Virus record (IMG/VR): IMGVR_UViG_3300042562_001845
Strand: one strand, 5' to 3'
DNA from: an uncultured virus (IMG/VR IMGVR_UViG_3300042562_001845)
Lineage: Duplodnaviria; Heunggongvirae; Uroviricota; Caudoviricetes
Length of the DNA: 64,000 nucleotides
In this document: positions 30,554 through 41,066 of the stretch, piece by piece
Layout: every line of letters starts with the position of its first letter
Position numbering within the stretch: the stretch's first letter is position 1
Notes under the pieces: model-generated
The model's input: the letters and a program-made list of their open reading frames with translations, nothing else
Database searches by the model: none
What the model was told of the DNA's origin: nothing
Translations under genes and position numbers: made by a program

Positions 30554-31519
30554 ATGGCAAATGAAATGGATGACCTATTTAATGGAGGTTTAGACAGCAA
30601 AATGGACTTCTTAAATGAAGTAAAATCAGGTAACAACAACGACGGAATCTACAGAGTGGATCTTAAATTGGCAAAAGACGAAAAACGTGGATGGAGATCT
30701 GTAGTAAGATTTTTACCTAACTTAACACAAGAAGGAAAGATTGGACAATCTGCGATTGAAAAAATCTCTCACTATGTAGACATCAAATCTGCGAAAGAAT
30801 TAAGTGGATGGTTTGACTCAGCGAAAAACTTCAATGAGAAATGTGCATTGACAGATTTGTATTACCAAATGCAAAACTCTAAAAATGCAGTATTGATTGA
30901 GAAATCAAAACAGTTAAAGTTTTCTAAAAAATACTACTCTTACGTTTTAGTATTAGAAGATGAGCAACAACCAGAATTAGTTGGTAAGATCATGGTTTTC
31001 CAATACGGTAAAACTATTAAAGACAAAATCATGGCTGAGAAAAACGGAGAAATCTCTGGAGTACCTTGTAATGTTTTTGACTTATCAGCTGGTAAAGAAT
31101 TCGTTCTTGTTGTTAAGAAAATCCAAACTGGTGATGAAACATACCCAGATTACAAAGCAAGTATGTTTAGAGGTGAAACAACTTCATTACCAATCTTCAA
31201 AGGTGGTGTTTTCAAAAACGCTCCATTAGAAAATGGTAAGATTGCACCAAACGTACAAGGTGTTGTTAAAAACTTCTTGTTAGAAAGAACTGTTGAGTTA
31301 GAAGATTTCGCTCCAAAGAAATTATCTGAAGAACAACAAGTTAAAATCACAGAGATTAGTAACTTCTTAACTGGAAAAGCTAGTTCTTCTTTTTCAAGTG
31401 CGAAAGCTGAATCTAAGCCATCATCTGATGACTTCTCTTTTGAAGAAAACTTCTCAGAAAAAACACCAGCTACATCTACAGCATCTGCAGATGAAGATGA
31501 TTTTTTCGCAGACATTTAA
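30554..31519 (+). CDS. T4 gp32-like ssDNA-binding protein
   Basis: VVRFLP, YYSYVLVLED...GKIMVFQYGKTI, acidic tail DEDDFFADI. Confidence 0.85.
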   Translation: MANEMDDLFNGGLDSKMDFLNEVKSGNNNDGIYRVDLKLAKDEKRGWRSVVRFLPNLTQEGKIGQSAIEKISHYVDIKSAKELSGWFDSAKNFNEKCALTDLYYQMQNSKNAVLIEKSKQLKFSKKYYSYVLVLEDEQQPELVGKIMVFQYGKTIKDKIMAEKNGEISGVPCNVFDLSAGKEFVLVVKKIQTGDETYPDYKASMFRGETTSLPIFKGGVFKNAPLENGKIAPNVQGVVKNFLLERTVELEDFAPKKLSEEQQVKITEISNFLTGKASSSFSSAKAESKPSSDDFSFEENFSEKTPATSTASADEDDFFADI

Positions 31520-31537
31520 TATTTTAAATATTGATAT

Positions 31538-31570
31538 AAAAATCCTTGGCAAAAAGTCAAGGATTTTTTT
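31538..31570 (+). terminator. Intrinsic terminator
   Basis: AAAAATCCTTGGC-aaaaa-GTCAAGGATTTTT. Confidence 0.75.
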
Positions 31571-31634
31571 TTATACCTAAACAAAAGGAATATCAAACTA
31601 TATAATAGATAGTAAAAAATATAATCATATTATT

Positions 31635-32633
31635 ATGAGCTTTAACAACAGGACATTTAAAGACAACAGAACAGGAGAAGTGGTAAAAGTAATCGATTCG
31701 TTCGAAAACATCGCTATTCTTGAAAACAAAACTAAAATTGATACAAGACGACTTATGGACCCAAATCATTTTACGGAGCAAGTTGATCCATCTGCATTTT
31801 TTAACACACAAAACGCATACAATGATTTATTTGAAAAAATAAAAACTATTCCGTCAGAAAACATTCCAGATGAGAATGGTGAGGTTAGACCAAACGTAAA
31901 TATCGACAACAACTATAGACCTCCTGTGGAAGATGATAGTGCTGTGATATATGGTAGTATCGATGATGAGAAAGAAGAGTTGGCTAGAAAATATGGAATA
32001 AATCCAGACAACACACAATCAGTTGCTAGACAGAATGAAGCATTTGCAAAGATATTAGAAGATAGTGAAGAACTTGATGAACTACCAACTATACCTGAAC
32101 CAAGAAAGATTGTCAATGATGAACCACCGGTTCAAAGAGTTGAAATTGATAGAGATAATGGAACAGTTGTAGTAAATGGACAAAATTCAGAACCAGTCTA
32201 TACAAAACCTAAAGAAGATCCTATCTATACAATGTTTAGAGGTGTAAAAAGATCTGTTGAGTTTAGCTTAGACCTAAAACTAGAAAACAAAATACCTAGA
32301 TTAGACTTTATAGAAATGATGGAAGACTCTTATGAGAAAAGCATCATTGACTTTTTAGCAGACGAATTTATGTCAGAGCTTTTTAAAGATCCTAAGTCTT
32401 TAAAAGAAAGTATCAAGGTAAAAATAAAAGATATGGTTTATGGAAAACCAGTAGCTAAGAGATCTACTACCAAAAAACCTGTTGCTAAAAAACCTGTCGC
32501 TAAACCTGTCGCTAAACGAACAACACCTAAAACGGATATATCAGAAACGCCAACAGACAACATGCCTGGACATAGAAATCCACCGGCAGCACCTAAAAAA
32601 ACTAGGGTAAAAAAAGAAACAGAACAGCAATGA
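31635..32633 (+). CDS. Hypothetical protein with KKPVAK-repeat basic tail
   Basis: ORF; AAAC-N16-TATATAA upstream. Confidence 0.75.
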   Translation: MSFNNRTFKDNRTGEVVKVIDSFENIAILENKTKIDTRRLMDPNHFTEQVDPSAFFNTQNAYNDLFEKIKTIPSENIPDENGEVRPNVNIDNNYRPPVEDDSAVIYGSIDDEKEELARKYGINPDNTQSVARQNEAFAKILEDSEELDELPTIPEPRKIVNDEPPVQRVEIDRDNGTVVVNGQNSEPVYTKPKEDPIYTMFRGVKRSVEFSLDLKLENKIPRLDFIEMMEDSYEKSIIDFLADEFMSELFKDPKSLKESIKVKIKDMVYGKPVAKRSTTKKPVAKKPVAKPVAKRTTPKTDISETPTDNMPGHRNPPAAPKKTRVKKETEQQ

Positions 32634-33040
32634 TAGAAGAAAAATTCCTTGTGGCTGCGGTCAATATTAAAAGAAGTTATTTAAAGCTGACCTCAAACTT
32701 AGATTTCTATAAAAGAAGAGCAGAACAAACTTTAGAAAAACTACAAGACGCATATAATCAGGTAGAAGATCTAGAAGGTGAAATAGCCGAATTGAAAAAG
32801 AAAAAAGATACAAACGTAGATCCAAACCTGACATCAAAGGTTTTGGATATATTGGCAGAGATAGAACGAGAAGGAAATAAGATTGAAAAGTTTGTCGAAC
32901 CTCTAAACAAAGAGATAGAAAAACTTGCGATGGAAGAACAAGAGCTTTATCGAGTAATAGTCGAATCACATCCGAATCTATCAGAAGAACAGATTGTGGA
33001 ATCTGTAGGACTTAGATTGAAAAAAGAAGGCCTCTCATAA
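32630..33040 (+). CDS. Coiled-coil hypothetical protein
   Basis: Coupled ORF. Confidence 0.7.
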   Translation: MIEEKFLVAAVNIKRSYLKLTSNLDFYKRRAEQTLEKLQDAYNQVEDLEGEIAELKKKKDTNVDPNLTSKVLDILAEIEREGNKIEKFVEPLNKEIEKLAMEEQELYRVIVESHPNLSEEQIVESVGLRLKKEGLS

Positions 33041-33091
33041 TAATGAGAGGTTTTCTTTTTTTATATATAACAAAAAGATTTCAATTCTCAA

Positions 33092-35080
33092 ATGGCTAAA
33101 ATTTCAAAGTATGTAAAGTTAGATAAAGACATCTTATTGGAGTACATATACAACGATGGAAACATGATCGGTGATCAGTATAAAATACTCGTGGATTCTA
33201 GAGACAACAGAAGGTCTTATATTGCAGGAGATTTAAGTTCTACAGGAAATACAAACATCAAAGGTCAGGAAAACCAGTTATTTAGATTGGATCAAGTATC
33301 AGGAAGATACGGTATTGTAAACCCAGAATATTACTCTTATCTACAATACAAAGAATTTTCAGCGAGTATTCCGGTAAGACACGATACAATAAAGGTTCAT
33401 ATACCGATAAACTGGACGTTTGGTGAACATTTAGGATTCTATATAAGAGTATATGGACTTGATGAGACGAACACAAACCCATTTGAGATATCCAACTTTT
33501 ACTTTGACATGACTAACGTGTCTCAGCAGTATCTTTTAAACTATTCTGCACCACCACTTCTTTTTCAGGAAAAACTTTGGGGTAAAAATATACAGATAGA
33601 AGTTCCTGCGATAAACGAACTCGCGGCACAAAAGACAGATGGTCTACCTAAAGAAAATAGTATAAACTCAAATCTTTCTAATGGTATAGGATTAAGTATA
33701 ACTGCACCTATATTCATAGACTTCTATTTTATCGATGGTATCCAGAAAGTAAACGGAATAACCAGTTATATACTTGCAGGAAAAGTAACGACTACTATTC
33801 CACAAGCACCAGAGTTTGAAAGATTGGCACTTATGGTACAACATTCAACTCAAGGAGACTTCTTTGAGATATACGGAACATACAACGACAACATAGCAGA
33901 GTTCAAAAAGTTCATAGATGATTCTGTGAAGATGGGACATAGATACTACGTTCAATACAACATAACAACATACGAACAAAACATTAGGGGTAAGACTACT
34001 ACAGTTACAGTTCATGATGGATTCAACGAATCTATCGAGTATAGACCTATTATAAAGTTCTCTACAACGACAGCCATAATAGATGTCGAGATGAGACTTG
34101 TAGACTCTGTGGACGACTCTTACATACTTAGAAGAGCATCTTATGGTATGTTACAAGATGAAGTTTCTAAATATAGTACTAACATGCTTAAAATAAATCT
34201 TGTGAATGCATCTAAACCTAAAGTTTATAATGTTAAGAATGCAATCGATGCTTCTTTATTAGGTGTTACAAATGCAATGGGTAGAACTACAAAACCAAGA
34301 GGAAGAATAAACCAAACAACATCAAGTGGTGCAGGTTTCAATGTAGGAATTGCAGTGAATAAAGGTGATTTTGGTAGTGGAAATGGATTTGGTGCTGGAG
34401 TAGGTGCTAATGGTGGTGCTGGATTTGGTGGTAATGGAAGTGGAAATGGTAACGGAAATGGTAACGGAAATGGTTTAGGTGGACAAGTTAAGATAGAGAC
34501 TATAAAAGTTCCATATCCAGTTCTTATAGACAGAGCAAATATAATCGGTAAGTCTGATAACTCTATATTTAATAACAATGTTTTCTACGGAAACGCAAAG
34601 ATGCAAATAAAGATTTATCCATATGACAACATAATCAAATTCATAATAGCATCTGGTGATCCACTAAAACCTGACTATTTAGATATGACAGGATTGGGAG
34701 AAATAAAGATGACATTTAGAAACGATAATACTACAGAAGAGTTTACTCTTTTGGCAGAATCTACTGATATAAACTTAAAATTAGGTCAGGTTGTATTTAA
34801 AGTACCACAATCTAAAGTGATATCTATAAAGAAAATATACGAATCAGGAGTAAATCTATTCTATATCATAGCGAGTAGTCAAGAAAACGTTTCTGTAGTA
34901 TATACAGGACTATTCCAGATATTCGACAATCTTGCAAATGTTTCTACTCTTAATAAAGATTCTGTTACAGAAGGAAACAAACCATCTATTAACCAAGATC
35001 CTAATTTACCGAAAGAAACTGCGGTTGTTACTAGAAAACTTATTACTGGAGAAACAGTACCAACTAAAAAGGGAGGATAA
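33092..35080 (+). CDS. Putative virion structural protein with Gly/Asn linker
   Basis: Beta-rich 662 aa, GNGNGN tract, precedes tail-tube-like gene. Confidence 0.55.
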   Translation: MAKISKYVKLDKDILLEYIYNDGNMIGDQYKILVDSRDNRRSYIAGDLSSTGNTNIKGQENQLFRLDQVSGRYGIVNPEYYSYLQYKEFSASIPVRHDTIKVHIPINWTFGEHLGFYIRVYGLDETNTNPFEISNFYFDMTNVSQQYLLNYSAPPLLFQEKLWGKNIQIEVPAINELAAQKTDGLPKENSINSNLSNGIGLSITAPIFIDFYFIDGIQKVNGITSYILAGKVTTTIPQAPEFERLALMVQHSTQGDFFEIYGTYNDNIAEFKKFIDDSVKMGHRYYVQYNITTYEQNIRGKTTTVTVHDGFNESIEYRPIIKFSTTTAIIDVEMRLVDSVDDSYILRRASYGMLQDEVSKYSTNMLKINLVNASKPKVYNVKNAIDASLLGVTNAMGRTTKPRGRINQTTSSGAGFNVGIAVNKGDFGSGNGFGAGVGANGGAGFGGNGSGNGNGNGNGNGLGGQVKIETIKVPYPVLIDRANIIGKSDNSIFNNNVFYGNAKMQIKIYPYDNIIKFIIASGDPLKPDYLDMTGLGEIKMTFRNDNTTEEFTLLAESTDINLKLGQVVFKVPQSKVISIKKIYESGVNLFYIIASSQENVSVVYTGLFQIFDNLANVSTLNKDSVTEGNKPSINQDPNLPKETAVVTRKLITGETVPTKKGG

Positions 35081-35095
35081 AAATAATAAAAAACG

Positions 35096-35695
35096 ATGAG
35101 ATTAAGTAGTCAGAATAGTCAGTTCATATTCAACCTTCCTGGTGATTTTATAAAACCAGAAACGATAAACACGTATCAACCAATTTTGGAGAAGAACTGG
35201 GTTCAGTACGAAAATGTCATCGATTATCTAAATTCGACAATCAAATCTGTTAACTTTCCAGGTATGTCATTTGAGATGCCGAAGCAGATTTTGATGAGAG
35301 GTAAGGAACGTCAGTTTAAGCCAGCAAAGAATGTTCAAGATATTACGACAACACACGATTTAACGATTACTTTTAGATCTGTGGATTCCGATTTGAACTA
35401 TTGGCTTATGTTTGATTTACTTTCTAAGCATTATATGGACGTAGAAAACTCGTTCTTGAACCCATTCACAATAACGTGTGTGGATATACACAGAGATGCT
35501 TTGTATGTGATAAGATTCTATGAGATAATATTGAAGTCTTTGTCAGAAAACACATTTAACTATTCTTCACAAAAAGTAACAAGTAAAGACTTCACTCTTG
35601 CCTTCCATTTTAACTTCTATGATATAGAGTTTATGTTAGACAAAAGTAAAGTTCTGGAACTTGGTGCGTTGCCACAGATTATTCAACGTCTTTAA
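35096..35695 (+). CDS. T4 gp3/gp19-like tail tube or terminator protein
   Basis: SVNFPGMSF...DLTITFR.VD.DLNYW pattern. Confidence 0.55.
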   Translation: MRLSSQNSQFIFNLPGDFIKPETINTYQPILEKNWVQYENVIDYLNSTIKSVNFPGMSFEMPKQILMRGKERQFKPAKNVQDITTTHDLTITFRSVDSDLNYWLMFDLLSKHYMDVENSFLNPFTITCVDIHRDALYVIRFYEIILKSLSENTFNYSSQKVTSKDFTLAFHFNFYDIEFMLDKSKVLELGALPQIIQRL

Positions 35696-35858
35696 TCTTT
35701 GGATAAAGCTTGTCGATAGAGTTCTTTCTTTTCCAAGATTTTGACAAGACGTAGTTTTTAAGGTTATTACCTATTTCTAAATCTATGCTTTTAGAAATCT
35801 CTTGTGAAAGTATCTTCATAAGCTCGTCTTCTGCGTTTATACTATTTTTATTTTTCAT
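35679..35858 (-). CDS. Small hypothetical protein (RKNSIDKLY motif)
   Basis: TAATG coupling gives a start at 35858. Confidence 0.55.
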   Translation of the reverse strand: MKNKNSINAEDELMKILSQEISKSIDLEIGNNLKNYVLSKSWKRKNSIDKLYPKIKDVE

Positions 35859-36424
35859 TAGAGCCACCAAATTGCAGTCTTCCAATATTCACGTTCTGGG
35901 TGTTCATATACTTCTCCTTTATATTTAGAATTGAAATAGTCTTTGTTTGGTAAATCTGGATATCCTGATGTATCTTGACAATAATTGTCAAAAATAATTA
36001 TTCCACCTTTTTTTACAAACTCTTCGGATATCTGTAGAGCATCTGCTCTATATGATCCATCGACTATTATACAATCCCACTTTTTATTCAGAGTTCTAAT
36101 ATAATTCAAATAGTTTTCTTTATTAGGATGTGCTTGTGTGGCGGAAAGTGGACATTGTACAACCTGCATTGTATAGTTTTTCTTCTGATTTTCATTCAGA
36201 TATTCTATTATTTCATCTGCCCAAACAGAGTCATTTTCTAATGTATCAACACTCTTACAATTATAAGAATACCAAACCGTTGAGCAACCGCCTCCCCATT
36301 CGAATACATCCCAGTTTTTATAGTTCATTTTTAATAATACATCAAGACAAGGCTTGGTATACCAAGGTAAAATTAGACCACAACTCTGGTCTACAAACTG
36401 AATTTCATTAGGATTTTTAAACAT
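35858..36424 (-). CDS. Class I SAM-dependent methyltransferase-like protein
   Basis: FEWGGGCSTVW, IIVDG, GGIIIFDN. Confidence 0.75.
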   Translation of the reverse strand: MFKNPNEIQFVDQSCGLILPWYTKPCLDVLLKMNYKNWDVFEWGGGCSTVWYSYNCKSVDTLENDSVWADEIIEYLNENQKKNYTMQVVQCPLSATQAHPNKENYLNYIRTLNKKWDCIIVDGSYRADALQISEEFVKKGGIIIFDNYCQDTSGYPDLPNKDYFNSKYKGEVYEHPEREYWKTAIWWL

Positions 36425-36433
36425 TTTTAAATA

Positions 36434-37075
36434 TTATTTTTTTTGAAATAACGAGAAGCCATTCCTTAAATTTAGATTATCATAAAGTGTATTGTAACAA
36501 CCACTTTCAATTATCTCTTTTCTTATTTTGGAACATTTGAGAATAGAGCTATCATCCAACGCCACAATTCTTGTTCTGTCTTTAAGTTTTATCCATTCCG
36601 GGTAAGTAGTATATTCACCACCATCTAAAATTAAAAAATCGATTTGTTCTGGCAATTCGGATAATACTTTTTTTGAAATCTTTAGTAGTGAAAGGTCTTT
36701 ATCATACCATAATCGTGCATGCTCATCTATGTTAAAATCTATTTCACTATGATTGAACCAAAAAACATCCTCAAAGTCTATTATAGAACCATTTAGTAAT
36801 GTTACATAGTCGGATAATTGTTTATTCTGTCCTGATTTGTTTAAAACATTTACCGAGTTCAAATTTGCCAATGCGGTATTATACATATCTTCATACATCT
36901 CTATAGAGATAAAGTTTTTATTCTCATTACTTTCTATGATTGCTCTTATAACACAATTTGTAGAACCTAATCCATTCCATGTACCAATCTCTACAATGTT
37001 TTTAACATCATCTCTTTTTGAAACTTCGAAAATTAAGTCTCCTGCAATATCACCTAAATTTATTTGACCACTCAT
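36434..37075 (-). CDS. Class I SAM-dependent methyltransferase-like protein
   Basis: IVEIGTWNGLGST, LILDGGE, ALDD. Confidence 0.7.
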   Translation of the reverse strand: MSGQINLGDIAGDLIFEVSKRDDVKNIVEIGTWNGLGSTNCVIRAIIESNENKNFISIEMYEDMYNTALANLNSVNVLNKSGQNKQLSDYVTLLNGSIIDFEDVFWFNHSEIDFNIDEHARLWYDKDLSLLKISKKVLSELPEQIDFLILDGGEYTTYPEWIKLKDRTRIVALDDSSILKCSKIRKEIIESGCYNTLYDNLNLRNGFSLFQKK

Positions 37076-37097
37076 TATTTATTTTTTATTTTTTTGT

Positions 37098-37673
37098 CTA
37101 TTTGATTCTTTTTGCAGGAACTCCTACATAAGTACCGCTTTCTGTTATGTTTTTAACAACACCACTGTTTAGTCCTACGATTATATCGTCTGTTATTTTA
37201 GTTTTTTCTCTTACTGAACTATTTGATCCTAAATACACAGAGTCTCCTATTTTGCAATTTCCGGATATAATCGAACCAGGCATGGCACTGAAGAAGTCGC
37301 CTATAACAGAATCATGTCCAATTTGTACTCCTCTGTTAAGAATACAATGACTTCCCAATTTTATGTTTGTTGTTAAAATAGAATATGGTCCAATATAGGT
37401 TCCTTCTCCTATTACTATATCGTCGGATATAATTGCGGTCGGATGCACAAACGAAAAGTATTTTGTATTCTTAGGAAGACTTTCTTTGACCTTTCTTCTT
37501 AAATTTGACTCTCCCAAACAAATCATCATTTCATATTTATCTGGATTAAAATCGCTTATAGGCTTTAAAAAATCGTTGCTGAAATCATCATCAACAAATA
37601 TATCGACTTCCTCTTTCAAGAACAGAATCACTTCGCGCGCATGACCACCATATCCAAATATTGCTTTTTTCAT
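37098..37673 (-). CDS. NeuD/PglD-like sugar acetyltransferase
   Basis: IFGYGGHARE, hexapeptide repeats, GVPAK. Confidence 0.9.
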   Translation of the reverse strand: MKKAIFGYGGHAREVILFLKEEVDIFVDDDFSNDFLKPISDFNPDKYEMMICLGESNLRRKVKESLPKNTKYFSFVHPTAIISDDIVIGEGTYIGPYSILTTNIKLGSHCILNRGVQIGHDSVIGDFFSAMPGSIISGNCKIGDSVYLGSNSSVREKTKITDDIIVGLNSGVVKNITESGTYVGVPAKRIK

Positions 37674-38308
37674 TATCTTTCTTTTGTGTATATTTCAAAT
37701 TTTGATAAATCAGGGTATGGTAATTCCAAATCTTCATTCTTTTTAGGAGTTCCATCAGTATTGTAAAATTGACCCATCAATAACATACCTCTCGCCGCAA
37801 GCTCTGGCATCATATAGAAGTTCCAACCTAGCATATCAAGATTGTCATCATGATAAGAACATTCTCTCCTACCACTATAGCGCGCTCTTTTGAACCAGTG
37901 ATATGCCTCTAGGCTATCGGTTAGTATTGCACCACCCTTACTCAGTTTAAAGTGCTTGTAAGGACCTGTAAATGATATACACATATGTGTTCCTTTTTTG
38001 TACATATTCGATGTAAATGATAGAGCGGAGTCCCAAACATTTGTTGGTTCTAATTGATATGCACCTTTTATTGTTTTACCCTTAACTTCTTTGAACTTTA
38101 CCTTAGCACCTGCGTGTATTATCTCACAAGGAACTGAAGGATATGTTCTTGAAGGAATTGTTATATCAATTCCTTTAACATTTTCATACATTAATGCTAA
38201 GAATAATGCATTACTTTGATTATCGACTGTTACCACATAGGGTGCACCCGTGTAGATACTTAGAGCCTTTTCGAAATCTTCTGTTATTTTATAAACACCG
38301 TTTGACAT
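37673..38308 (-). CDS. Short DegT/DnrJ-family sugar aminotransferase
   Basis: FEKAL, DSA, SF...K...GGAILT, GWNFYM. Confidence 0.8.
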   Translation of the reverse strand: MSNGVYKITEDFEKALSIYTGAPYVVTVDNQSNALFLALMYENVKGIDITIPSRTYPSVPCEIIHAGAKVKFKEVKGKTIKGAYQLEPTNVWDSALSFTSNMYKKGTHMCISFTGPYKHFKLSKGGAILTDSLEAYHWFKRARYSGRRECSYHDDNLDMLGWNFYMMPELAARGMLLMGQFYNTDGTPKKNEDLELPYPDLSKFEIYTKER

Positions 38309-38329
38309 ATATTTTTATTTTTATTTTTA

Positions 38330-39178
38330 TTACCAATAACAACCACCATCCATTAGGTTATGACCAGTCGGTATTTCATCTATAGATCTAGTCCAATGTT
38401 CGTTATAGTATTTATTTACTCTTTCCCAGTTATCCCATCGCGATCCTTTTATACCAAAAAGTATCTGAAGTTCCCCACCTACATAGATTGCCGATTTATT
38501 TAGACTATCTTTTATAAAAGAAACTAAAGGAATACCATAGTGTGAACATCCAAGAAGTGCAATATCAAAATCCAACTCTGCAATTTCAGACTTCATAAAA
38601 TCTAAAGATTCTTTCCAAGAAGAGTGAGGTCTATTTCCACCCAAAGTCCAAACCGGCTTATATGTTATAAGTTCAAAGTCTGGTAATTTTCCATCAGCCC
38701 ATATAAGATTTCTTTTTTCATATTGCATTTTAATTGTTTCTTCAAAAGGGTAAATAACAAGAACTTTTTTACCTGCTAAACTTTTTGACCAAAAATCATT
38801 ATGTCTAAATGAATAAAGTGACTCACAATCTATCTTAATAGATTCTGGAGATAGTGTATCAAAAATATTTTTTTGTTCGTCATAGACTAAATTAGATTCA
38901 TCATCATTGAACCAAAATACCTGTAAGTCTGCATTAGATATACCATTACAGAATTCTTTGAAGAACTCTTCACCACATTGACCATAAACTCCACCTTGTT
39001 CTATTATAGAAGCTAAAGTATTACCATTAATAGTATAGTTTAATCCATGTTTTAAATACCAATCAACCCATCTAACTTCTGCAAGTCCTATTCTGGTAAG
39101 TGCAAATGGTTTGTCATTTTTGATATGTTCTTTTATCAAAACATTCCCCGCAATTCCTTTATTTTTTAAATATTTCAT
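38330..39178 (-). CDS. Putative glycosyltransferase (GT-D-like)
   Basis: RIGLAE, FDIALLGC, GGELQILFGIKG.RW; island context. Confidence 0.55.
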   Translation of the reverse strand: MKYLKNKGIAGNVLIKEHIKNDKPFALTRIGLAEVRWVDWYLKHGLNYTINGNTLASIIEQGGVYGQCGEEFFKEFCNGISNADLQVFWFNDDESNLVYDEQKNIFDTLSPESIKIDCESLYSFRHNDFWSKSLAGKKVLVIYPFEETIKMQYEKRNLIWADGKLPDFELITYKPVWTLGGNRPHSSWKESLDFMKSEIAELDFDIALLGCSHYGIPLVSFIKDSLNKSAIYVGGELQILFGIKGSRWDNWERVNKYYNEHWTRSIDEIPTGHNLMDGGCYW

Positions 39179-40008
39179 ATTGTTTTTTTATTTTTCATTA
39201 GAGCCACCAAATTTATTTGACCATTATTTATTTTTTTGTCTATTTCTTTTATAGTATCAAGAAGCAATTGTTTATATTCATATCCACATTTGTTGGATTC
39301 TAAATAGTATTCCTTTCTTTTGTCATATTCACTATACTTTCCAATACTTTCTATTACGTATTTATCATAGTCCATATTATAGTGTTTATATAGGTCTCTT
39401 ATGTAGTCGTTGACAAACGTAAGTCTTCCTGAACCTATTATCTTATGAGAGTTTGTTTTTATAGATTCATCTACTACGTATTTGGGATGAACTATATCTC
39501 TATAGAAATAAGTATCTCCGATTTCTATTACTTTTTTGTTTATTATAGAGTCGAATATCTTACCAAAAAGAAAATTATCATTTCTATAAACAGAATTAAA
39601 GTTGAAAGGATACATAACAAAAACATTATGATATTTTTCGTTTTTTGTTACATACTTTGACATTTTGTATTTTGATTGAAGATACAAAGAGGTGTAGAAG
39701 TTGTAGTTCATAGAAATGTTGATCTTACCATCATATTGATTCCAAAGTTCGCAAGTGGAATATACAACTACGGACTTTGATATATCTTTAACCATATCAA
39801 TAACTTTTATAGTAAGATTGAAGTTTATCTCATCATGCATAGTGACATCTTCTATAAACTTTCTGGATTCACCAAAACATATAAAAACTCTATTCCAATT
39901 TTCTCCTGAGATTAAATCATAATCGATTTCACGAGATGATATTTTTACATAATCTTCAGGAAAGTAGTAAGATAGTTGAGATGTGTTTCCTATTACAAGA
40001 TTTCTCAT
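39175..40008 (-). CDS. NAD-dependent epimerase/dehydratase-like protein
   Basis: LVIGNTSQL, YLQSK (YxxxK), RDIVH; start revised to MRNLVIG. Confidence 0.7.
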   Translation of the reverse strand: MRNLVIGNTSQLSYYFPEDYVKISSREIDYDLISGENWNRVFICFGESRKFIEDVTMHDEINFNLTIKVIDMVKDISKSVVVYSTCELWNQYDGKINISMNYNFYTSLYLQSKYKMSKYVTKNEKYHNVFVMYPFNFNSVYRNDNFLFGKIFDSIINKKVIEIGDTYFYRDIVHPKYVVDESIKTNSHKIIGSGRLTFVNDYIRDLYKHYNMDYDKYVIESIGKYSEYDKRKEYYLESNKCGYEYKQLLLDTIKEIDKKINNGQINLVALMKNKKTI

Positions 40009-41066
40009 TTTATTTCTTCTATAGTTTTTTTCCAAAGATTGTAGATATCTTTCTTTCTTGTTTTGTTAAAATCCATCATTTTTGAGTGTATGTCCATTAA
40101 ATCTGTTTCTTCAAGTTTTTTACCCAAGTCATCAAATGAATCAAAATAAACTATATGTGGCATCCAGTCTTTGTTGTAGAAGTCTGAATATTTTATCCAT
40201 TTTGACATAATAGGAATGTTATCATATCTATTTGGATCATTTGATCTATCACATTCTATAGAGGATACTGGTTCTTTAGTACCAAAAGTTTTATTCCATG
40301 TAAGTTCACTTAAAACTTGATTACTATATTTTGAGTATAAATCAATCATGAATTCCTCAGAAGGACAGAATATAGGTATACCTGAGGTATAATATTCAAA
40401 AATAGACATGGTTGAACAGTTATAAGGTATTATAATTATTCCTTTGTATCCAGATATATCTTCCCATTTATATCTATGTAGTGTATCTTTATCCGTTATA
40501 AAACTAGTATCAAAATTTATTTTTAATCTACTAGAATATAAGAAAGTATTTTTTATTGGTGACCATATAGTATTAGTATAATCGCATATATTTGGTATCA
40601 ACTTACATTCTCTTTCTACAAAAAATTCAAAGTATCTTTTATCATATTCTGAATTTGCAACAGGTATTATCATACCAGAATCTATTCCATTTCTAAGATA
40701 CTCATTAAAGTATTCCCACTTATTTATATCTGATTGAAATGGAACTTCATATCTAATAGGTATTTGTAGTATAATCGGCTTTTTGAATTTTTCATAAATC
40801 ATACTAAAAGCAGGTGGGTATGTACATATAAATCCATCATATTCAGATAATTCATCTTTATATCTTTGGTAAAACTCATCACACATGTCTTGATTCAAAG
40901 ATTGCCAATTGTTTTGATTAACTACATCAACAGATGTAGGCATTCTATCAAAAACCCAATTATGACCAGATACCGACCAACTTGTTACTTCATGGCCTAA
41001 ATACTCAAATGTTTTTTTTAAATCTGCTATAACAGATATATGACAATCTAAATTAAAAAATTTCAT
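40005..41066 (-). CDS. Putative glycosyltransferase
   Basis: IPYNCSTMSIFEYY.SGIPIF (GT-B-like); context. Confidence 0.55.
   Translation of the reverse strand: MKFFNLDCHISVIADLKKTFEYLGHEVTSWSVSGHNWVFDRMPTSVDVVNQNNWQSLNQDMCDEFYQRYKDELSEYDGFICTYPPAFSMIYEKFKKPIILQIPIRYEVPFQSDINKWEYFNEYLRNGIDSGMIIPVANSEYDKRYFEFFVERECKLIPNICDYTNTIWSPIKNTFLYSSRLKINFDTSFITDKDTLHRYKWEDISGYKGIIIIPYNCSTMSIFEYYTSGIPIFCPSEEFMIDLYSKYSNQVLSELTWNKTFGTKEPVSSIECDRSNDPNRYDNIPIMSKWIKYSDFYNKDWMPHIVYFDSFDDLGKKLEETDLMDIHSKMMDFNKTRKKDIYNLWKKTIEEIK

Noticed and set aside
38330..39178. MKYLKNKG start as a member of the N-terminal tag family
   Set aside because: Lacks the following aromatic and Glu residues and sits inside the glycan operon; probably coincidental.
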